DNA from: an uncultured Candidatus Saccharibacteria bacterium | Lineage (GTDB): Bacteria; Patescibacteriota; Minisyncoccia; Phycocordibacterales; DATDWN01 | Reading direction: 5' to 3' | NCBI GenBank assembly: GCA_964469605.1 | Contig: CAYXZA010000001.1 | Location: 71,274-135,273 of the forward strand | Length of the DNA: 64,000 nucleotides | In this document: positions 59,560 to 64,000 of the stretch, piece after piece | Layout: each line of letters opens with the position of its first letter | Numbering within the stretch: the first letter of the stretch is position 1 | Made by a program: the position numbers and the translations under genes | The notes under the pieces: model-generated | Databases searched by the model: none | Seen by the model: the letters and a program-made list of their open reading frames with translations, nothing else | Told to the model about the DNA's origin: nothing

Positions 59560-59588
59560 ATATTACTACATTATCATCTTTTTGTCAA
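59560..59588 (-). promoter_or_regulatory. Sigma70 promoter of the large RNA
   Basis: TTGACA-17-TAATAT. Confidence 0.7.
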
Positions 59589-59714
59589 CTAAAAATATTG
59601 ATTTTTTCAAAAAAGTTTTTTTATTGTATAAAAAATGGCTTAAATAAAAGATATTTTTGATATTATTTAAAAATGTATAAATCCCATTTTGTTAAAAATA
59701 TTTTTTAATGTAAT

Positions 59715-60239
59715 ATGATATCTATGTTAAAAAAAATTTGGGATAGATTTTGGAATTTTTATGATGGTCACTATAATCTAACACTAGGTATTACACTTTG
59801 TTTATTTTCACTTCAAATCGTTCATTTATTTTGGCTCTTTACAAATGTTATTTGGTTTAAATTGTTTTCTTATAACCTGTATACTTTCGGATCAACTTTT
59901 GAAAAATTGTTGGTTTTAGTGGATTTTACAGAAATCCCTGCCCTACTGGCTGCTTCTTTGGTTTATATAGATGATCTTCGTAATAATTTCAACTATAAAT
60001 CAGTTATTTTTCTAATTCTTTTAAATAGCCAATGGTTGCACCTCTTTTGGATTACAGATGAGTTTGTTGTTTCAGAATTTACAGAAAAAGTTTTATTCCC
60101 TTCTTGGCTTGCTTGGCTAGCCATACTTATAGATTATCTTGAAGTTCCTGTTATCCTAGATACTTTATCTAAATTTTTAAAACATTTAAAAGAAGGTCAA
60201 ATAAAAACCGCTTTAAATGTGATAAAGGAAAGAGACTGA
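59715..60239 (+). CDS. Conserved membrane protein (hypothetical)
   Basis: LQIVHLFW, DFTEIPAL, HLFWITDEFV, IDYLEVPV; four TMs. Confidence 0.7.
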   Translation: MISMLKKIWDRFWNFYDGHYNLTLGITLCLFSLQIVHLFWLFTNVIWFKLFSYNLYTFGSTFEKLLVLVDFTEIPALLAASLVYIDDLRNNFNYKSVIFLILLNSQWLHLFWITDEFVVSEFTEKVLFPSWLAWLAILIDYLEVPVILDTLSKFLKHLKEGQIKTALNVIKERD

Positions 60240-60269
60240 TTATTTACAAAAATATCTCTATTTTTAAAT

Positions 60270-60995
60270 TTATTTAGTTTCTATTGGTTCAAATGTATCT
60301 GGGTTGTAGTAGATCCTGTCGTATATTTCAAAAGGTTTTCCTATAAATCCTTGTTCCTCTATTGGAACATCTAAATCCCATTTATCATAATATGAAATGT
60401 AATGCCCTTTTTCATCTTCCCCTTTTGTCCAAGTGTAATTTCCCATTATCTCATCCGCTAATACAGAGCTTTTCCCGTTACCATATTCTATCTGTGAAAT
60501 AATATTTTTTATTGGATTTTTAAAACCAATAAATCTTTTCTCAAACATATTATTTATCTTAAAATAATATTTATCATCTTTACTGTTTTTAGGTTTAAAA
60601 TCTGATATTCCAAATGTATCATATAGTTGATTTAAGCCAAGATATACTCTAAAAGCATCTTCTCTTTCATTACTATCTAATTCTCTTCCTGAAATAAAAT
60701 TTGGAATAAGTTTTTTTATTTTTTCATCCGCATAATACATTCTTGGCTTAATTGTTTTATAAACAAGTTCACTTATTATCGGCTTATGTGCCTGACTTTG
60801 TTCTCTTGTGTTGCCAAGTTCTGCCAATTCTTGTTTTGCTCTGTCTTTATCTTCAAAAGTATCAGTTTTCATCTCCTTGTGACCTGCATTTAAAGATAAA
60901 AGTCCAAATACTAAAGCTTTGGAAAATTTTCTTTTTATTTTATCCAATATAGCTGATTTCTTTTGCTCTCTTTGGTTGGGGTTTTCAAAACTCAT
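60270..60995 (-). CDS. Hypothetical protein
   Basis: 241-aa ORF; REDAFRVYLG, YISYYDKWDL, GKPFEIYDRIYY. Confidence 0.7.
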   Translation of the reverse strand: MSFENPNQREQKKSAILDKIKRKFSKALVFGLLSLNAGHKEMKTDTFEDKDRAKQELAELGNTREQSQAHKPIISELVYKTIKPRMYYADEKIKKLIPNFISGRELDSNEREDAFRVYLGLNQLYDTFGISDFKPKNSKDDKYYFKINNMFEKRFIGFKNPIKNIISQIEYGNGKSSVLADEIMGNYTWTKGEDEKGHYISYYDKWDLDVPIEEQGFIGKPFEIYDRIYYNPDTFEPIETK

Positions 60996-61015
60996 ATAGT
61001 TAATTTTATCAAAAT

Positions 61016-61318
61016 CTAATGATATTTACTATTTTCTAAGGCAATTTGCAAAACAGTATCAAAGTTATCTTCTTTTTGACATTTATTTGTCTTTTCATAG
61101 CCACATTTAATGCATTTGTGTATCAAAGAGTATTCCCTACCATTTTTTATTACATTCACAGGTTCCATAAGACCACCACATTTTGATAGTCTGTCGCCAG
61201 GATTTATATCTACATGTTTAGAATACAAACAATCAGGGCAATGATTTGTAAATCCATCACCTAAAACCTCTCTACCACAATTTTGACATTCAAAGTTCTC
61301 TTTTGTTTTTTTGAACAT
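61016..61318 (-). CDS. RNHCP domain zinc-binding protein
   Basis: FECQNCG, TNHCPDCLYSKHVD..PGDR, HKCIKCG. Confidence 0.9.
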   Translation of the reverse strand: MFKKTKENFECQNCGREVLGDGFTNHCPDCLYSKHVDINPGDRLSKCGGLMEPVNVIKNGREYSLIHKCIKCGYEKTNKCQKEDNFDTVLQIALENSKYH

Positions 61319-61327
61319 ATGTTTGAA

Positions 61328-61358
61328 TATAAAAACTCTGTTTTTCAGAGTTTTTATA
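61328..61358 (-). terminator. Terminator after the small peptide gene
   Basis: TATAAAAACTCTG-N5-CAGAGTTTTTATA. Confidence 0.65.
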
Positions 61359-61363
61359 TAATC

Positions 61364-61477
61364 TTAATTTCCACCAGTTCCTGTATTTGAATCTGGCCAT
61401 CCATCAGCTCTAACTGTAGAAAAACTAAATCCAAATATTGAAACTAATATAAACAAAGCAATAATTAACTTGTTCAT
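61364..61477 (-). CDS. 37-aa secreted peptide precursor (not in the ORF track)
   Basis: MNKLIIALFILVSIFGFSFSTVRA-DGWPDSNTGTGGN; promoter TTGACT-17-TACATT upstream, terminator downstream. Confidence 0.65.
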   Translation of the reverse strand: MNKLIIALFILVSIFGFSFSTVRADGWPDSNTGTGGN

Positions 61478-61598
61478 CTTTATTTGTTAAATTTATCGAA
61501 TAAATAATAGTGTAAATGTAACAAATAGATTTTTTAAAGTCAAAAGTTATAAGTTGTTTGATTTATATTTTTTGTGTTATAGTATCTTTTGTAAGTTT

Positions 61599-61671
61599 CG
61601 GAGTGTGGTGTAACGGCTAACATTCCTGTTTTGGGAACAGGCGACTCCGGGTTCGAATCCCGGCACTCCGA
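61599..61671 (+). tRNA. tRNA-Pro(TGG)
   Basis: Acceptor CGGAGTG/CACTCCG; CCTGT-TTTGGGA-ACAGG; CCGGG-TTCGAAT-CCCGG. Confidence 0.95.
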
Positions 61672-61704
61672 CAAATATTTTAAGTTAGTCTGATAAATTT
61701 TTTA

Positions 61705-62106
61705 TTAAAAGACAATATCTTCTATAAAAGACACAGTAGCTATTCTTTCGGACATATTTATTTTAACAATAGCTATATCACATTGCCAATTCGTATCATC
61801 GTCTATTTCTTTGTCTAACAGATATGTTTCGATAACCCTTCTCAATCTTTGGGTTTTATATAGGTGTATATTATCCTCTGCTCTATATGTTTCTTGTGAA
61901 CCAATACCATGTTTTGTTTCTCGTGTAACAGATTTTACTTCTATAAAGTGAATAATACTGTTCTTTTTGGCAACAATATCTATCTCGCCCCATTTTTTTA
62001 AATAATTTCTATCTAAAATAACAAAACCTTTGTTTTTTAGATATTTACAAACACTATCTTCCCCTATTTTACCAACCATCTGCTTATTTGTTGGGTTTTT
62101 GATCAT
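61705..62106 (-). CDS. yraN: YraN family protein
   Basis: GKIGED, ILDRNY, GEIDIVA, FIEVKS. Confidence 0.9.
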   Translation of the reverse strand: MIKNPTNKQMVGKIGEDSVCKYLKNKGFVILDRNYLKKWGEIDIVAKKNSIIHFIEVKSVTRETKHGIGSQETYRAEDNIHLYKTQRLRRVIETYLLDKEIDDDTNWQCDIAIVKINMSERIATVSFIEDIVF

Positions 62107-62483
62107 ATTTATAATATCTATTTTATTAAATTCTATTTACAAAACAAGCAAGTTAAAGAATATTCAACATTTTCAAATGTTTCGTGTGACACATAAAACT
62201 AAATGTTTCTAAGAAACATTTAGTTTTATAACAGACTGTTATATTAGAATCTTTATTTTAAGCCATATTTTGATTTGGATAGAAATGTTTCTCGTGAAAT
62301 CTTTTTAAAAAGTCATTAAATTAACTTAAAAAGCTAATAATCAAAGACTGTCTTTAATACACATCTCCACAGAGTTATCCACAGTTTTGTTTAAAAATAT
62401 GGGTATTATTGTGTATATAAGTCGAATCTTTAAATTAAAGAAGACATTGTAAATAATAAGTCTTTTTGTTTTTATAAGTCATT

Positions 62484-62542
62484 TTATTCGAGAAATACAT
62501 GGCAACTTTGCTGCGAGGATTGGACGAGGTGACTGCTTTTAT
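62484..62542 (+). repeat. 59-bp intergenic repeat, copy 2
   Basis: 51/59 identical to the reverse complement of 5352-5410. Confidence 0.85.
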
Positions 62543-62632
62543 ATTAAAAAACCCACAGACTGGTGTCTTTGTGTGGTAAATTAGCCCATTGATTTGCTTT
62601 TTGATTATTAAATGTATAATATTTACTATATT

Positions 62633-62703
62633 GCGGGTATGGTTTAGTGGTAGAACACTTCCTTGCCAAGGAAGAGACGCGGTTTCGATTACCGCTACCC
62701 GCA
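62633..62703 (+). tRNA. tRNA-Gly(GCC)
   Basis: Acceptor GCGGGTA/TACCCGC; CTTCC-TTGCCAA-GGAAG; GCGGT-TTCGATT-ACCGC. Confidence 0.95.
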
Positions 62704-62722
62704 CAGTTGATAAGCAAGATTG

Positions 62723-62795
62723 TGTGTCCGCTAGGACTTGAACCTAGATGGGCGGTTCCGAAGACCGCTACTCTATCCAATTGAGCTACGGACAC
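62723..62795 (-). tRNA. tRNA-Arg(TCG)
   Basis: Acceptor GTGTCCG/CGGACAC; GCGGT-CTTCGGA-ACCGC; CTAGG-TTCAAGT-CCTAG. Confidence 0.95.
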
Positions 62796-62878
62796 AGTTT
62801 TCCTATATAATAATAGAAAAAGACTATTTTTCCAAATTTTTCATATTATTTTGATCAATTGTGATATTATTTAAAAAT

Positions 62879-64000
62879 ATGGACATAGATTTATCTAAAA
62901 TACCAAAAGAAATATTTTTTATATCTCAAACACTTGAAAGTGCGGGTTTTGAGGCTTTTTTGGTTGGTGGATGTGTTAGAGATCTTATCTTAGGAAGAAA
63001 ACCAAATGATTGGGATATAACAACCAATGCTAAACCACAGCAGATAATTGATTTATTTCCTCATACTTTCTATGAAAATGATTTTGGAACAGTTGGTGTT
63101 GTAAATGATAATACTGATGACTTGTCTTTAAAGAAAATTGAAATAACACCTTATAGATTAGAAGGGAAGTATTCTGATAATAGAAGACCTGATGATGTTT
63201 TTTTTACAGATAACATAGATGATGATTTGAAAAGGCGAGATTTCACTATAAACTCTATGGCTTTGTCTTTATCTTCTGGACTATATGATCCTCATTTTGG
63301 ACTAAAAGATTGCAAGGAGGGGATTATACGAACTGTGGGAGTGGCAAATGATAGATTCTCTGAGGATGCTCTTAGGATTTTAAGAGCTGTTAGATTTTAT
63401 AGTCAATTAGGATTTGTTGTTTCACACGAAACAGAAAAGGCTATTATTGAAAATGGTCATCTTTTATTAAATATATCAAAAGAAAGAATAAGAGATGAGT
63501 TTGTAAAGATAATAATGTCTGATATGCCTATGGAAGGAATAATGCTTTTGAAAAAATTAAATATTCTTCAATATGTTGTTCCTGAGCTTATGGATGGTAT
63601 TGGAATTGATCAAAATAAAGCTCATAGTTTTGATGTTTTTGAGCATTTACTTAGGTCGCTATCACATAGTGCAAATAAAAAATATTCATTAGAGATTAGA
63701 TTAGCTGCTTTGTTTCATGACATATCAAAACCGGAAACAAGAAGAAAAGGGGAAAATGGGGAGTGGACTTTCTATGGTCACGAGGTTTTAGGAGCTAAAA
63801 AAACCAAAAAAATACTTCAAGATCTTAAATTTTCAAGTGAAATAGTTTCAAGGGTGGAAAAACTGGTTCGTTGGCATATGTTTTTTTCTGACACAGAGCA
63901 AATAACACTTTCTGCTGTAAGGAGGATGATAGTAAATGTTGGTAGGGAAGATATATGGAATCTTATGGATGTTAGGATTTGTGACAGAATAGGCACAGGA
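62879..64000 (+). CDS. cca: CCA tRNA nucleotidyltransferase with HD domain, runs off the window
   Basis: Manual translation: LVGGCVRDL, DWDITT, DLKRRDFTIN, RFSEDALRILRA, LFHDISKP. Confidence 0.93.
   Translation, partial: MDIDLSKIPKEIFFISQTLESAGFEAFLVGGCVRDLILGRKPNDWDITTNAKPQQIIDLFPHTFYENDFGTVGVVNDNTDDLSLKKIEITPYRLEGKYSDNRRPDDVFFTDNIDDDLKRRDFTINSMALSLSSGLYDPHFGLKDCKEGIIRTVGVANDRFSEDALRILRAVRFYSQLGFVVSHETEKAIIENGHLLLNISKERIRDEFVKIIMSDMPMEGIMLLKKLNILQYVVPELMDGIGIDQNKAHSFDVFEHLLRSLSHSANKKYSLEIRLAALFHDISKPETRRKGENGEWTFYGHEVLGAKKTKKILQDLKFSSEIVSRVEKLVRWHMFFSDTEQITLSAVRRMIVNVGREDIWNLMDVRICDRIGTG

Larger units (their letters stand above)
61915..63433. promoter_or_regulatory. Cluster of parS-like sites
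   Basis: Against TGTTTCACGTGAAACA: 61915 (2 mismatches), 62178 (3), 62286 (3), 63418 (2). Confidence 0.7.

Overview
AT-rich chromosomal segment of a Patescibacteria (CPR, probably Parcubacteria) genome, standard genetic code. It spans the replication origin (dnaN-oriC-dnaA, rpmH-rnpA-yidC), housekeeping genes (rpsT, ruvA/B/C, mutM, polA, tyrS, pcrA, nusA, tig, clpP, rny, HU, cca), six tRNAs, a PilB-type ATPase, a CPR-type T4SS-like cluster and several GC-rich accessory cassettes. The most unusual content is non-coding: (1) a ~370-nt GC-rich multi-hairpin RNA gene with its own promoter, terminator and palindromic loops (59183-59553, minus); (2) two smaller candidate RNA genes (8050-8152, 15766-15929); (3) a tandem array of ~170-bp structure-conserved units separated by copies of the tRNA-Lys 3' end; (4) five dispersed ~100-110-bp elements with a conserved core and variable self-complementary stems; (5) integrase-less TrmB-plus-cargo cassettes stacked at tRNA-Gly, one with an att duplication; (6) a stand-alone 37-aa secreted-peptide gene missed by the ORF track. 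All calls were made by eye; no searches or folding programs were run.
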